Assembly (NCBI GenBank): GCA_965216395.1
Contig: OZ244156.1
Coordinates: 1,331,153 to 1,395,152, forward strand
DNA length: 64,000 nt
Direction: 5' to 3'
Source: Alphaproteobacteria bacterium
GTDB taxonomy: Bacteria; Pseudomonadota; Alphaproteobacteria; Micavibrionales; SZUA-601
The number at the start of each line of letters is the position of its first letter. Positions within the stretch are counted from its first letter, which is position 1. Below the pieces are notes generated by a model, which had not been told where the DNA came from, searched no databases, and saw only the letters and a program-made list of their open reading frames with translations. This document shows positions 30,571 to 39,917 of the stretch, in pieces. Made by a program: the position numbers and the translations under genes.

Positions 30571-31194
30571 ATGAAAATTGCACTTATCTCAGGTTCACAC
30601 AGAGAGAATAGCCAATCAGGACGCATTGCTAAACTTTTGGCAGGAAAAATTCAAGAATCGGGTCATGAAACAGATATTCTTGACCTAGGCACAGACCCGC
30701 TACCTTTTTGGGATGAAGGTATGTGGCAGAACCCTTTGCCGCAACCATGGGCTGATGAGTGGCAGAGCGTATCTGATCGTTTACAAAAATGTGATGGGAT
30801 TATAACCATTACGCCTGAATGGGCCGGCATGGTTCCCGCTGCTTTGAAAAATTTCTTTTTATTATGTGGCAATCAAGAATTAACACATAAAGCGGGTCTG
30901 ATTGTGAGTGTTTCTTCGGGGATAAACGGAGCCTATCCCGTGGCTGAACTGCGCAGTAGTAGTTATAAGAATTCTAAGATTTGTTATATCCCCGATCACT
31001 TGATCATTCGTAATGTCACGAAAATGTTTTTAGATGACAAAAAAGATATGAGCGAAGAAGAAAAAGAGCGCGAAAATATGTTACTGGAACGTATTGATTA
31101 CACATTGCCCATTTTTTATGCTTATACAAAAGCATTATCTGAAATTCGTGCCAGTGGTGTCACACAAACAGAGAAATTTGCTTTCGGGATGTAA
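30571..31194 (+). CDS. NADPH-dependent FMN reductase-family flavoprotein
   Basis: MKIALISGSHRENSQSGRIAKLL and ITPEWAGMVPAALKNFF resemble the FMN_red (PF03358-type) N-terminus and flavin-binding loop. Confidence 0.65.
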   Translation: MKIALISGSHRENSQSGRIAKLLAGKIQESGHETDILDLGTDPLPFWDEGMWQNPLPQPWADEWQSVSDRLQKCDGIITITPEWAGMVPAALKNFFLLCGNQELTHKAGLIVSVSSGINGAYPVAELRSSSYKNSKICYIPDHLIIRNVTKMFLDDKKDMSEEEKERENMLLERIDYTLPIFYAYTKALSEIRASGVTQTEKFAFGM

Positions 31195-31200
31195 ATCAAA

Positions 31201-32352
31201 ATGTCAAAAACGGATTACTACGAAATTCTTGGCGTTCAAAAAGGAGCCGATTCATCTGAGATGAAAAAAGCCTATCGCAAAAAAGCGATGCAATATCATC
31301 CTGACCGCAATCCTGGTGACGCCGAAGCTGAAAAGAAATTTAAAGAACTCAACGAAGCCTATGATGTTTTAAAAGACGATCAAAAGCGCGCCGCTTATGA
31401 TCAATTTGGCCACGCAGCTTTTGAAGGCGGTATGGGTGGTCGTGGTGCTGGTGCCGGGTTTGGCGGTTTTGATGCTGGTGGTTTTACCGATATTTTCGAA
31501 GAAATGTTCGGTGATTTCATGGGCGGTGGTCGCAGAGGCGGTGGCTCCCGCTCTGGTGCGACGCGTGGCAATGATATTCGTGCCAATTTAGAAATTACAT
31601 TAGAACAAGCTTTTAAAGGCACTAAGGCGAAAATCCGTGTACCGACAATGGATGCTTGTGAAAGATGCGATGGATCGGGTGCCGAACCAGGCACACAGCC
31701 TGAAACGTGTGATAATTGTGGTGGTCATGGCAAAGTCCGTGTTCAACAAGGTTTCTTCACGATTGAGCGCACCTGCCCTAATTGTGGCGGTGCAGGACGG
31801 TCTATCAAAAACCCGTGTAAAAACTGTTCTGGTGGTGGACGTATTCGTAAAGATAAGAAATTAGAAGTACAAGTTCCCGCTGGCGTTGAAGACGGCACAC
31901 GTATTCGTCTTGCTGGCGAAGGAGAAGCGGGCGCCCGCGGTGGACCTGCGGGTGATTTATACGTTTTTGTTTCTGTTAAACCCCATCGTTTCTTTAAACG
32001 TGATGGCGCCAATCTTTATTGTCGTGTTCCCGTTTCCATGGTTGATGCGGCCCTTGGTGACCATGTCGAAGTGCCGATTATTGATGGGAAGAAAAACAAA
32101 GTCTCTATCCCGTCAGGCACACAAAGCGGTACGCAATTACGCTTACGCGGTAAGGGTATGTCCATCCTACGTTCTTCTTCACGTGGTGATATGTATATTG
32201 AAATTGCCGTTGAAACACCTGTCAATTTATCAAAAAAGCAAAAAGAACTGTTAGAAGAGTTTTCTGGACAGGGAAAAACCCGCAATAACTCACCAGAATC
32301 ACAAGGATTTTTTTCTAAAGTAAAAGATCTTTGGGATGATTTAAAAGATTAA
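31201..32352 (+). CDS. dnaJ: molecular chaperone DnaJ
   Basis: J-domain with YHPDRNPGD, a G/F-rich linker, four CxxCxGxG zinc-finger repeats ([32 protein letters not shown]) and a C-terminal substrate-binding domain. Confidence 0.97.
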   Translation: MSKTDYYEILGVQKGADSSEMKKAYRKKAMQYHPDRNPGDAEAEKKFKELNEAYDVLKDDQKRAAYDQFGHAAFEGGMGGRGAGAGFGGFDAGGFTDIFEEMFGDFMGGGRRGGGSRSGATRGNDIRANLEITLEQAFKGTKAKIRVPTMDACERCDGSGAEPGTQPETCDNCGGHGKVRVQQGFFTIERTCPNCGGAGRSIKNPCKNCSGGGRIRKDKKLEVQVPAGVEDGTRIRLAGEGEAGARGGPAGDLYVFVSVKPHRFFKRDGANLYCRVPVSMVDAALGDHVEVPIIDGKKNKVSIPSGTQSGTQLRLRGKGMSILRSSSRGDMYIEIAVETPVNLSKKQKELLEEFSGQGKTRNNSPESQGFFSKVKDLWDDLKD

Positions 32353-33221
32353 ATTGTTAAAATTGCCAATAAGATAATACCACATACCACACCAAGGCTG
32401 GCGCGGATATTTGTTTGATCTGGATATTGTGTTAAATGATTGAAAATCGTGACCCATATTGGCGATAGTAGCATAATCGCTGTCACGTAAGCCGGATTGG
32501 GTGTATTCATAAAAGCAAAGTTTTTTAAAATAATGATCATAATCCAGATTAAAGAGATAATAAAACCTGCTTTTAAATAGACGGGATTTATTTTTTGCCT
32601 TTTAGAATCAGACTTTGTTTTGCGAATAACCTCTCTTAAAGAAAAAATAACCAGAACAAAAAATGTTTGTAAAAACATATAGGCAAACACACCTTCTTTA
32701 CTGGATACTAAATCCATGGCGTTCTTATTCAAAATATCTACAAAAGCGAAAAAAGTGACCACAAAAATCATCGCTTTCATAACTGTGTAATCAATCCGGT
32801 CACGTCTTAATTTTGAAGAGAAAAATACACAAATACTTATGGCGGCTAAAACGCCTAAACCCTTAAGCGGTTGATCAAAATACTGGTTGAGTGAACTGGG
32901 TTTAATCAAGCACCAAAGAAAAAATAACATAAGTGTCTTTAAAGAATTAAGTCGGCTAACAGGACCGCCACCAAATTTCAGTATCAACTGATGGGTTTTT
33001 ATTTCAGGATAATAAACAAGCGGCGCGGTACATATGACTAAGAGATAAAATAATGGATGATGAGGCCATTGTATCACAAATACAAATGGCAACATTAAAA
33101 GAAGCATCAGAAACCGATAAGAAAAAACTAAATAATAACCATCAAGTTTCCAACGTTGATTGAATATTTGAAAATAAGCCAAGAAGAAACTGGATAAAAA
33201 CGCTAATAAAGCCCAAATCAT
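32349..33221 (-). CDS. polytopic inner-membrane protein (possibly DMT/EamA-like)
   Basis: 290 aa with about 9-10 hydrophobic helices. The start abuts the ogt stop (33221/33222), suggesting co-transcription. The family call is weak. Confidence 0.45.
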   Translation of the reverse strand: MIWALLAFLSSFFLAYFQIFNQRWKLDGYYLVFSYRFLMLLLMLPFVFVIQWPHHPLFYLLVICTAPLVYYPEIKTHQLILKFGGGPVSRLNSLKTLMLFFLWCLIKPSSLNQYFDQPLKGLGVLAAISICVFFSSKLRRDRIDYTVMKAMIFVVTFFAFVDILNKNAMDLVSSKEGVFAYMFLQTFFVLVIFSLREVIRKTKSDSKRQKINPVYLKAGFIISLIWIMIIILKNFAFMNTPNPAYVTAIMLLSPIWVTIFNHLTQYPDQTNIRASLGVVCGIILLAILTI

Positions 33222-33800
33222 TTAAATCGCTTTTTCTAATTTTAAAATTTCTTGTTTCATTTCAATTCCATGCGCAAATCCGCCCATTGAAAATCCACCT
33301 TTACCATCATTGGCCATAACGCGGTGGCAAGGCACAATAAGATTAATCGGGTTTTTATTGAGGGCTGAACCCACAGCACGCGCCGCACCGGGAATCTGAA
33401 TACGGCGCGCCATTTCACCATAGGTAACCAATTCAAGAGGTTTTAAACAAAGCAATTCTTGCCATACTTTTAACTGAAATGGACGGCCTTTCAATAAAAT
33501 TGGTAATGTTTGATTACAAGAAATGTCTAATTCGCCGTTTTGAAAAATATGACTAACAAGACGTTGGGCGCGTATATCATCTTGAATGATTTCATTATAC
33601 GGCCATAACATCTGTAACTTTGCTATAGCAATAATATCATCATCTTTTTGTGCAAAATTGAAAAAACAAAGCGCATCTTCATACCACCCCGTAAGAACCC
33701 ATCCCAACGGACTATTTGCAAAGCCATAAATAATATGATCACGACCAAAACCAGACCGATAATCTTTGAGAGTTATACCATTAAGATTCTTTGCACGCAT
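33222..33800 (-). CDS. ogt: methylated-DNA--protein-cysteine methyltransferase
   Basis: Active-site block NLIVPCHRVMANDG and the helix-turn-helix block TYGEMARRIQIPGAARAVGSALNKNP. Confidence 0.85.
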   Translation of the reverse strand: MRAKNLNGITLKDYRSGFGRDHIIYGFANSPLGWVLTGWYEDALCFFNFAQKDDDIIAIAKLQMLWPYNEIIQDDIRAQRLVSHIFQNGELDISCNQTLPILLKGRPFQLKVWQELLCLKPLELVTYGEMARRIQIPGAARAVGSALNKNPINLIVPCHRVMANDGKGGFSMGGFAHGIEMKQEILKLEKAI

Positions 33801-33824
33801 ACATATATTTGTTAATCTGAATCT

Positions 33825-34460
33825 ATGATGAATGCAACTGAGATTCGCGAATTTTTTAAAATATTGCGCGAAAAAGACCCGGCTCCGACTAGCGATCTGG
33901 AATGGACCAATCCTTACACTTTACTTGTTGCTGTTACTTTATCCGCTCAAGCCACAGATGTTGGCGTTAATAAAGCAACAAAAAGCTTATTTAAAGTAGC
34001 TGACACACCAGAAAAGATGGCTAAATTAGGGATAGATCGCCTCAAAGATTACATAAAAACGATTGGTCTGTATAATAATAAGGCAAAAAATGTGATCGCC
34101 GCAGCGAACATGCTGATCAAAGATTTTAATTCAAAAGTACCAGAAAACCGTGATGATTTAATAAAATTACCAGGTGTGGGCCGAAAAACAGCAAATGTTG
34201 TGCTCAATGTTGCATTTGGTCATCATACAATGGCGGTTGATACACATATTTTTAGGGTGGCCAATCGAACAGGCATGGCCTCTGGGAAAACCCCTGATGC
34301 GATTGAAAAAGCTTTATTAAAAGTTATTCCTGAAGAATTTATGTTGCATGCGCATCATTGGCTTATTCTGCATGGTCGTTATATATGTAAGGCACGAAAA
34401 CCAGATTGTGTACATTGTCCCGTCTATCATTTATGCCAATTCGAAGAAAAAACAGTATAA
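33825..34460 (+). CDS. nth: endonuclease III
   Basis: HhH-GPD block LPGVGRKTANVVLNVAFG, catalytic VDTH, and the C-terminal 4Fe-4S cluster loop CKARKPDCVHCPVYHLC. Confidence 0.92.
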   Translation: MMNATEIREFFKILREKDPAPTSDLEWTNPYTLLVAVTLSAQATDVGVNKATKSLFKVADTPEKMAKLGIDRLKDYIKTIGLYNNKAKNVIAAANMLIKDFNSKVPENRDDLIKLPGVGRKTANVVLNVAFGHHTMAVDTHIFRVANRTGMASGKTPDAIEKALLKVIPEEFMLHAHHWLILHGRYICKARKPDCVHCPVYHLCQFEEKTV

Positions 34461-34572
34461 AATGTTTTATCAAAACGATATCGTTAAGTATTCGATAGGT
34501 TTTTTCTTTTAATGTCACAATTATTGTTTAAGTTAAATCTATATCAATAGAGGATAGATAGGATCTTTTTTC

Positions 34573-35376
34573 ATGAAAATACTCATTATAGATCGTGATC
34601 GGTTATCAACACAGCTCATCAAATCTAAACTAGAAAGTGATCATCACATCACGATTGAGCCCGTTAAAAAAGATGCGATGGCGCTGCTTGAAAAAGAACA
34701 TTTCGATATCGTGATTATTGATCCTGCACCACTTCCTTCGGCGAAAGCCCTCGCCATGCAATTAAGGTGGCGTAAAACCGAACATTATACTTATTTGCTC
34801 TTATTGACCAATGAAACAACTATGGAAGAAGTTGTCCGTTCAGGCATGAATGATTTTCTTCTCAAACCATGTAACCCCAGAGACTTAAAGAAAAAGCTTG
34901 AAAACGCCCAGTGGTTGATTAATTTCACGAACAACTTACGTATTGATCCAGATATTCGTACCCATAAAGACACCTTTGGTAAACACCCATTTCTACAACT
35001 TATATTATCAGCTCTTGATCGGGCGTTCCGTTATTCAGAAAAAGCTTTTTTGATTTTTATCCAATTATCTAATTACAATGATATTTCATCTAAACATACG
35101 CCACACGACGCCGATAAAACCGTGGGAATGATCCGTGATTATTTAAGTGATTTACGCCGAATGAGTGATTTTATTGCCCGTACAAACACAAATGAATTTG
35201 TTATTTTGATGCAACGCCCATGGGATGAAACAGAACCACTCGACGCTGCTGATCGCTTTGTCTTAGCGATGCAAGAATTTGAGACAAAATATAGTTTGAG
35301 CAAGATTAAGCCAAAATTTAAAGTTAAGCTTGTCGAACTACCCAGCTCTAACCTATTGTTAGAAAAGAATATTTAG
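34573..35376 (+). CDS. receiver-domain protein with a degenerate GGDEF-like C-terminal domain
   Basis: REC-like N-terminus (MKILIIDRD...FDIVIIDP...LLKP). The C-terminal region LIFIQLSNYNDISSKHTPHDADKTV...IARTNTNEFVILMQ aligns to the GGDEF core, but the metal-binding Asp and GG(D/E)EF are replaced (NTNEF). Confidence 0.55.
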   Translation: MKILIIDRDRLSTQLIKSKLESDHHITIEPVKKDAMALLEKEHFDIVIIDPAPLPSAKALAMQLRWRKTEHYTYLLLLTNETTMEEVVRSGMNDFLLKPCNPRDLKKKLENAQWLINFTNNLRIDPDIRTHKDTFGKHPFLQLILSALDRAFRYSEKAFLIFIQLSNYNDISSKHTPHDADKTVGMIRDYLSDLRRMSDFIARTNTNEFVILMQRPWDETEPLDAADRFVLAMQEFETKYSLSKIKPKFKVKLVELPSSNLLLEKNI

Positions 35377-35507
35377 GAGAAAAACTTTAATTATTAACAA
35401 AAGATAAAATTTTTAGAAGACTTTTGCTAAAATTTTTGATATAATTGATCAATTAGTAACATTTTTATACGCTTTTACTAAGTGTTGAAACCCTGCAGGT
35501 ACTTAAA

Positions 35508-37433
35508 ATGACACAAACATTACGCTTTTTCTTTTTCTGTTGTTGTATCACGATAGCCAGTTTGATGCTTCCCCTATCAAATATGGCCTATGCGCAAAGT
35601 GTTACTTTTGGAAATGACGGAAACAGCAACCCTAATTCTTTTGGTCAACCAGCAACAGGCGTTGAAATTTTTCTTGAAACACAGGGCATAAAAGGGCCTT
35701 GTGACCCTAATGTTTATAATCAACTTGTTGATGTCGCTCAATTAACTGCAGAAATGGAAAAACTTGCTATTGATAAAGCTGTTGACCCAAGTGATGACCA
35801 AAGTATTTTAACACTTTCTTGTTTTGAACAAGATTTTGAAAAAATGTATAAAGATGCCAAAGAAGCGTGGAAAACTGTTAAAGGTTTGAGTTTTAATCAA
35901 ATTATGGCGACAGTCGCTGATAAAGCGCTCAATAGCTTACAACAAGAACTCCAAAGGCAGGCAGGTCGTTTTGCCTGTGAAAATATTCGCAACTTTATAA
36001 AAAATCAACTCGAACAATGTTTTAATTTCCGTATTTTTGAACGCCAAGCGCTGGGTCGCTTTGGCGCGCGTCAGCAATGTATTATTTCTGCCAATGCAAG
36101 TGTGGCAATAACACGACATGGATTCTTATACACTGGTGTTGAAGCCCAAGGAAACGTAAGTGGCCCTGGTGGCTTACAAGCGGGTGTTCTTCTGGGTGTT
36201 GACGCGGTTGAAGGATTACAAAATCTGTATTCAAACTGGAACAGTAGCCAGTTACCAGCCTATCAATCGCAAACAGCACAGTTAGGTTTAGGATGTGATC
36301 CACTTGACCCGACCATTGTTTCACAATATAGCCAAGATTATTACCAAACACTTCCTTCTGATGAAATGGCTGAAAATGTGGTCTTTGAAGGTGGTCAGTA
36401 TATCTATCCAAATGTGGGAACATATACAGCCACGAATATTGATGGTACGACTGAGTCACGACCTTACGAAAATAAGGCAACATGTTACGGCTTTATCGAA
36501 CCAGAAATCTATGTGCCATGTGGTTACGAAGATGATGGTGTCACACCCGCAGATTGTGTGACTATTGATGAGGAAGGTGAAATCACATGTTGTGACCTCT
36601 CTCAAAGTGACTGTCAGGACGTAGGCTTACCGGCATGTCCATGTACGCAAGGCTTACTAAATGCTTTCGTAGACGGTGCGTGTACAGTCGGCTCCACAAG
36701 CTGTTGTAATGGTGACCTCAACGATTGTACATTACCAGAATATGCCGGATTCCCATACTGTGAGGGAACTGATCCAGCAGAAGACGAAGTGGATTGCGAT
36801 GAGTTGCAAGACGAACTCGCCAGCCAACTTCTTTACTCTGATGATGAAATCTTGGCCAATTGTGACGAAAGCATTATCGAAGCTGAAATCCTAGATATGC
36901 AAGCCTATTGTGATGCACAAAGCTTTGGCACCTGTACAGAGGATCCTTCTCCATGTGCTGGCACAGGCGGTGCATTTGCCTCTGTCTGTGTTTTCAATAT
37001 TGATGATCCTGATGCTCAAAGACAAATTGTCGAAGCCTGTCAACGGGCTATTACCAATCAACAAATTATTGATAATTTTGATCTTGGTGGCTGTGCGGTT
37101 GATCTTGACAATGTAACGATTAACAGCAGTAGCAGTACAAGTACTTCACTCAACGGAGGAAGTACAGCAAATAGATCTGGCGGTTCATCCAATAGCGTTG
37201 GTCAATTTAGCATTCCAGAAAGTAATTCAGGAGGTCGTCGTTCAAGGAACCAACAGCCTGTAGCAGTGCCCACGCCCGTTCAACCAAGTGTTGCACCAAC
37301 CAGACGTCAACAGCAATCCGCACAGCCCAGTACAGTCCCTTCAGCTGGAAGCGGTTCAAACTCTGGTAATGGTGGTAATAATGGTGGATCAACCTCTAGT
37401 GGTGGTGGCGGATTACTACAAAGATTATTCTAA
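35508..37433 (+). CDS. secreted cysteine-rich acidic protein with a Ser/Gly/Gln/Pro low-complexity tail
   Basis: Signal peptide (…LMLPLSNMAYA|Q). More than 30 Cys are concentrated in residues ~330-520 (e.g. CCDLSQSDCQDVGLPACPCTQG...CTVGSTSCCNGDLNDCTLPEYAGFPYCEG). The C-terminal 110 aa or so is S/G/N/Q/P-rich and ends LLQRLF. Confidence 0.7.
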   Translation: MTQTLRFFFFCCCITIASLMLPLSNMAYAQSVTFGNDGNSNPNSFGQPATGVEIFLETQGIKGPCDPNVYNQLVDVAQLTAEMEKLAIDKAVDPSDDQSILTLSCFEQDFEKMYKDAKEAWKTVKGLSFNQIMATVADKALNSLQQELQRQAGRFACENIRNFIKNQLEQCFNFRIFERQALGRFGARQQCIISANASVAITRHGFLYTGVEAQGNVSGPGGLQAGVLLGVDAVEGLQNLYSNWNSSQLPAYQSQTAQLGLGCDPLDPTIVSQYSQDYYQTLPSDEMAENVVFEGGQYIYPNVGTYTATNIDGTTESRPYENKATCYGFIEPEIYVPCGYEDDGVTPADCVTIDEEGEITCCDLSQSDCQDVGLPACPCTQGLLNAFVDGACTVGSTSCCNGDLNDCTLPEYAGFPYCEGTDPAEDEVDCDELQDELASQLLYSDDEILANCDESIIEAEILDMQAYCDAQSFGTCTEDPSPCAGTGGAFASVCVFNIDDPDAQRQIVEACQRAITNQQIIDNFDLGGCAVDLDNVTINSSSSTSTSLNGGSTANRSGGSSNSVGQFSIPESNSGGRRSRNQQPVAVPTPVQPSVAPTRRQQQSAQPSTVPSAGSGSNSGNGGNNGGSTSSGGGGLLQRLF

Positions 37434-37445
37434 ATTTCACGTGAT

Positions 37446-39314
37446 TTATCGGTTTTGATAGATCACGTAACTTTCTAAAACACGTTGAACATAGTTGCGC
37501 GTTTCTTTAAATGGAATTTTTTCAATCCATTCAATGGGATCATCCATTAAGGCTGGATCACCAATTGAGACCAGCCATTTATCAACATTTCCTGGACCAG
37601 CGTTATAAGCCGCCACGGCTAAAATGATAGAACCATTATATCGCTCTATCATTTTTTTGAGATAAAGCTGACCCAATTTAACATTATGCTTAGGCCTAGA
37701 CAGCAACCAGTTTTCTTGGTGTTCTATGCTATTGGCTTTTGCTTCTGCTTGCGCGGTAGCAGGCATCAACTGCATCAAACCCAAAGCACCAGCACGACTT
37801 TCAGCATAAAGATCGAAAAGGCTTTCTTGGCGAATGATCGCATAAACAAGAGCGGAGTTAATAATTGATTCAATTTCAAATTCAAGCTTTGGAAATAAGT
37901 GATTAATGATCACGATATTTTGCCCTGCCAGCCGCTTGGCAAGAGATAAACAAATCATTTGCGCGCGCATCTCATGACAAGATTGAAGAAGTGCTTTTTG
38001 CTCCTCCAAATCTTTTAATTGCCAAATCAATGGCCTTAAGAACAAATCACGCTCTTTATACAACCCCTTTTTATGAAGATAGGCCCCAATCTGATAAGAC
38101 AGGTATTTCGATAATATTTGAGGATTTACAACAATATGATCAAGTTGTTTTGGTTGATTTTGTAAAAAAGATTCAACTGATTTATCTGTTTCTAACCCCA
38201 GTTCTTGTAGTGATTTTTGGCCATAAAATGTTTGGATATTTTCTGCTGAGCGATTTAACCACTCTTGAGATTTTATTTCATTCTGTAAATCTTTTGCAGC
38301 CAAACCAGCCCCATAAGCAGACCTTGACTTTGAAATTGGTGTCTGAACGTTTTGGTACATTTTTTCAAAATGCGATAAAGCTTGATCGGGTCGATTGAGA
38401 TATTTAAGCGAAAGCCAACCGGCCAGCCATTCACCTTCGGCCATTTCGATACCCGTTTCATAGCCATGACCATGAATCAAATCATAAGCATCTTGATATC
38501 GTTTTTCATTTAAAGCACGTCTGGCTAAAATATGGCGTTCCCGCCACCATTTTTTATCAAAGTTTTTTGGACTGTTCGTATCGGATAATATAAATTCCGC
38601 GGCCTGATCGTTTTTCTTAGCTTGGCGTAAATATTTCAAACGTGCATAACGCATAGCTGATTTGTTTTTTAAATTATCTGGTAAAGCTTGATACTTATAA
38701 TCCGCCTTGGGTGAATTCGTTAAGAGCGCTAATTGCGTTAATAAAGACTGTCTTTCGCTTTGCGAAGAAACATATGTTATTGCTTGTTCAGCACGCGCAC
38801 TGCGTTCTATCACAATAAGATTTTTGGCACGTGTTATATGATCATCTTGTGTTAAATGATCGTACCATCTATGCAAAATTAATTCCTGTTGATCATGATC
38901 AAAACTGCCCGCACGCCAATATTTTTTAAGCGTAGATAACACTGTATCCTGATCCGTATTTTTTGCCAAAATTATAATATGTTTAAATTGGCCTTGATCG
39001 GTTTTAGGTGGAAATTTCTGATAAAATTTTAGAGCAATACTTTCTGATATATCATCACCCAAACTAATTAATTCAGCTTTATTAAGTGAATCATTTTTTA
39101 AAGGCCAATTAGGATATTTTTCAAAAATAGTTGTAACCTGTTTCAAATCAATTTTATCTGAATGAATCATATCAAGCCATGTTTCAAGATCACGCCGAAC
39201 CTCTTGATTAAGTTTAGTATTGTCTACGGCGCTGATCCATTCTTCTGCCCTTACTCTTTGAAAGGGAAAAAGAATAATCATCGCTATAATGGCAATTGCA
39301 CAGGTTCTTTTCAT
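37446..39314 (-). CDS. slt: soluble lytic murein transglycosylase (Slt70-like)
   Basis: Signal peptide, a long superhelical N-domain, and a C-terminal SLT catalytic block AIIRQESLFDLYAESRAGALGLMQLMPATA...AAYNAGPGNV. Confidence 0.8.
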   Translation of the reverse strand: MKRTCAIAIIAMIILFPFQRVRAEEWISAVDNTKLNQEVRRDLETWLDMIHSDKIDLKQVTTIFEKYPNWPLKNDSLNKAELISLGDDISESIALKFYQKFPPKTDQGQFKHIIILAKNTDQDTVLSTLKKYWRAGSFDHDQQELILHRWYDHLTQDDHITRAKNLIVIERSARAEQAITYVSSQSERQSLLTQLALLTNSPKADYKYQALPDNLKNKSAMRYARLKYLRQAKKNDQAAEFILSDTNSPKNFDKKWWRERHILARRALNEKRYQDAYDLIHGHGYETGIEMAEGEWLAGWLSLKYLNRPDQALSHFEKMYQNVQTPISKSRSAYGAGLAAKDLQNEIKSQEWLNRSAENIQTFYGQKSLQELGLETDKSVESFLQNQPKQLDHIVVNPQILSKYLSYQIGAYLHKKGLYKERDLFLRPLIWQLKDLEEQKALLQSCHEMRAQMICLSLAKRLAGQNIVIINHLFPKLEFEIESIINSALVYAIIRQESLFDLYAESRAGALGLMQLMPATAQAEAKANSIEHQENWLLSRPKHNVKLGQLYLKKMIERYNGSIILAVAAYNAGPGNVDKWLVSIGDPALMDDPIEWIEKIPFKETRNYVQRVLESYVIYQNR

Positions 39315-39350
39315 CGTTTATGCTCTATTTTTGATTGAAACGAGAAAATT

Positions 39351-39827
39351 ATGTCAGAGATTATCAAAAAGAACAATGATACAATCGCGGTCAACCGCCG
39401 CGCTAAATTTGATTATCAAATCATTGATACACTTGAAGCGGGAATCATGCTCACAGGAACTGAGGTGAAAAGCCTACGTATGGGTCGTGCGCAGATCAAT
39501 CAGTGCTATGCAGGCATTGAAGAGGGTGAGTTATGGCTTTTCGGTGCCCAAATTGATAAATATGAACAAGCAGGCGCGCATTTACAGCACGAACCAAGAC
39601 GTAACCGAAAACTTTTAGTCAAGAGCAAAGAGCTTAAAAAGCTTATTGGTGGGGTAGAAAGAGATGGGATGACCATCGTGCCGATGTCGCTTTATTTTAA
39701 CAATCGTGGCCTTGCTAAGCTTAAAATCGGTTTAGCAAAGGGTAAAAAACAGCATGAAAAACGGGAAACTATTAAAAATCGCGATTGGAAACGCGATCAA
39801 GCTCGAATTTTGAAAAATAATAAGTAA
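39351..39827 (+). CDS. smpB: SsrA-binding protein SmpB
   Basis: Blocks NRRAKFDY, EAGIMLTGTEVKSLR, RNRKLL and the KGKKQHEKRETIK tail. Confidence 0.95.
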   Translation: MSEIIKKNNDTIAVNRRAKFDYQIIDTLEAGIMLTGTEVKSLRMGRAQINQCYAGIEEGELWLFGAQIDKYEQAGAHLQHEPRRNRKLLVKSKELKKLIGGVERDGMTIVPMSLYFNNRGLAKLKIGLAKGKKQHEKRETIKNRDWKRDQARILKNNK

Positions 39828-39829
39828 AC

Positions 39830-39903
39830 GCGACATCAGGGAGCGTTTACACAAGCGACATCAGGGAGCGTTTACACAAGCGACATCAGGGAGCGTTTAC
39901 ACA
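39830..39903. repeat. perfect tandem repeat, 25-bp unit x about 3 copies
   Basis: gcgacatcagggagcgtttacacaa occurs at 39830-39854 and 39855-39879, with a third copy at 39880-39903 missing the last base. It is non-coding, between the smpB stop and the convergent ClC stop. Confidence 0.92.
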
Positions 39904-39917
39904 GATAATACTTGATT

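Noticed and set aside
31397-32285. Pro/Ala/Gly-rich ORFs overlapping dnaJ on both strands (e.g. 31401-31694, 31743-32012, 31886-32254)
   Set aside because: They are generated by the GC-richer G/F and zinc-finger coding regions of dnaJ. They have no independent start context, so they are shadow ORFs.
36082-36483. 133-aa antisense ORF inside the Cys-rich protein gene; likewise 51588-52010 inside ORF 51178-52227 and 52426-53418 inside the inverse-autotransporter gene
   Set aside because: They lie fully within longer ORFs that have signal peptides or family motifs, and nothing supports them independently.
35508-37433. Calling the Cys-rich secreted protein TraN (F-type conjugation mating-pair stabilisation protein)
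   Set aside because: The only similarities are size, a signal peptide and many cysteines. No tra/trb/T4SS genes flank it, and I cannot verify the conserved Cys spacing by eye. It is left as an uncharacterised Cys-rich protein.
39830-39903. Whether the 25-bp repeats are a mini CRISPR array
   Set aside because: The copies are directly abutting with no spacers, there are only about 3 units, and no cas genes are present in the window. This is a simple tandem repeat.
39828-39917. tmRNA (ssrA) adjacent to smpB
   Set aside because: The gap is only 90 nt and is filled by the tandem repeat. It has no tRNA-like acceptor/T-arm and no tag reading frame.
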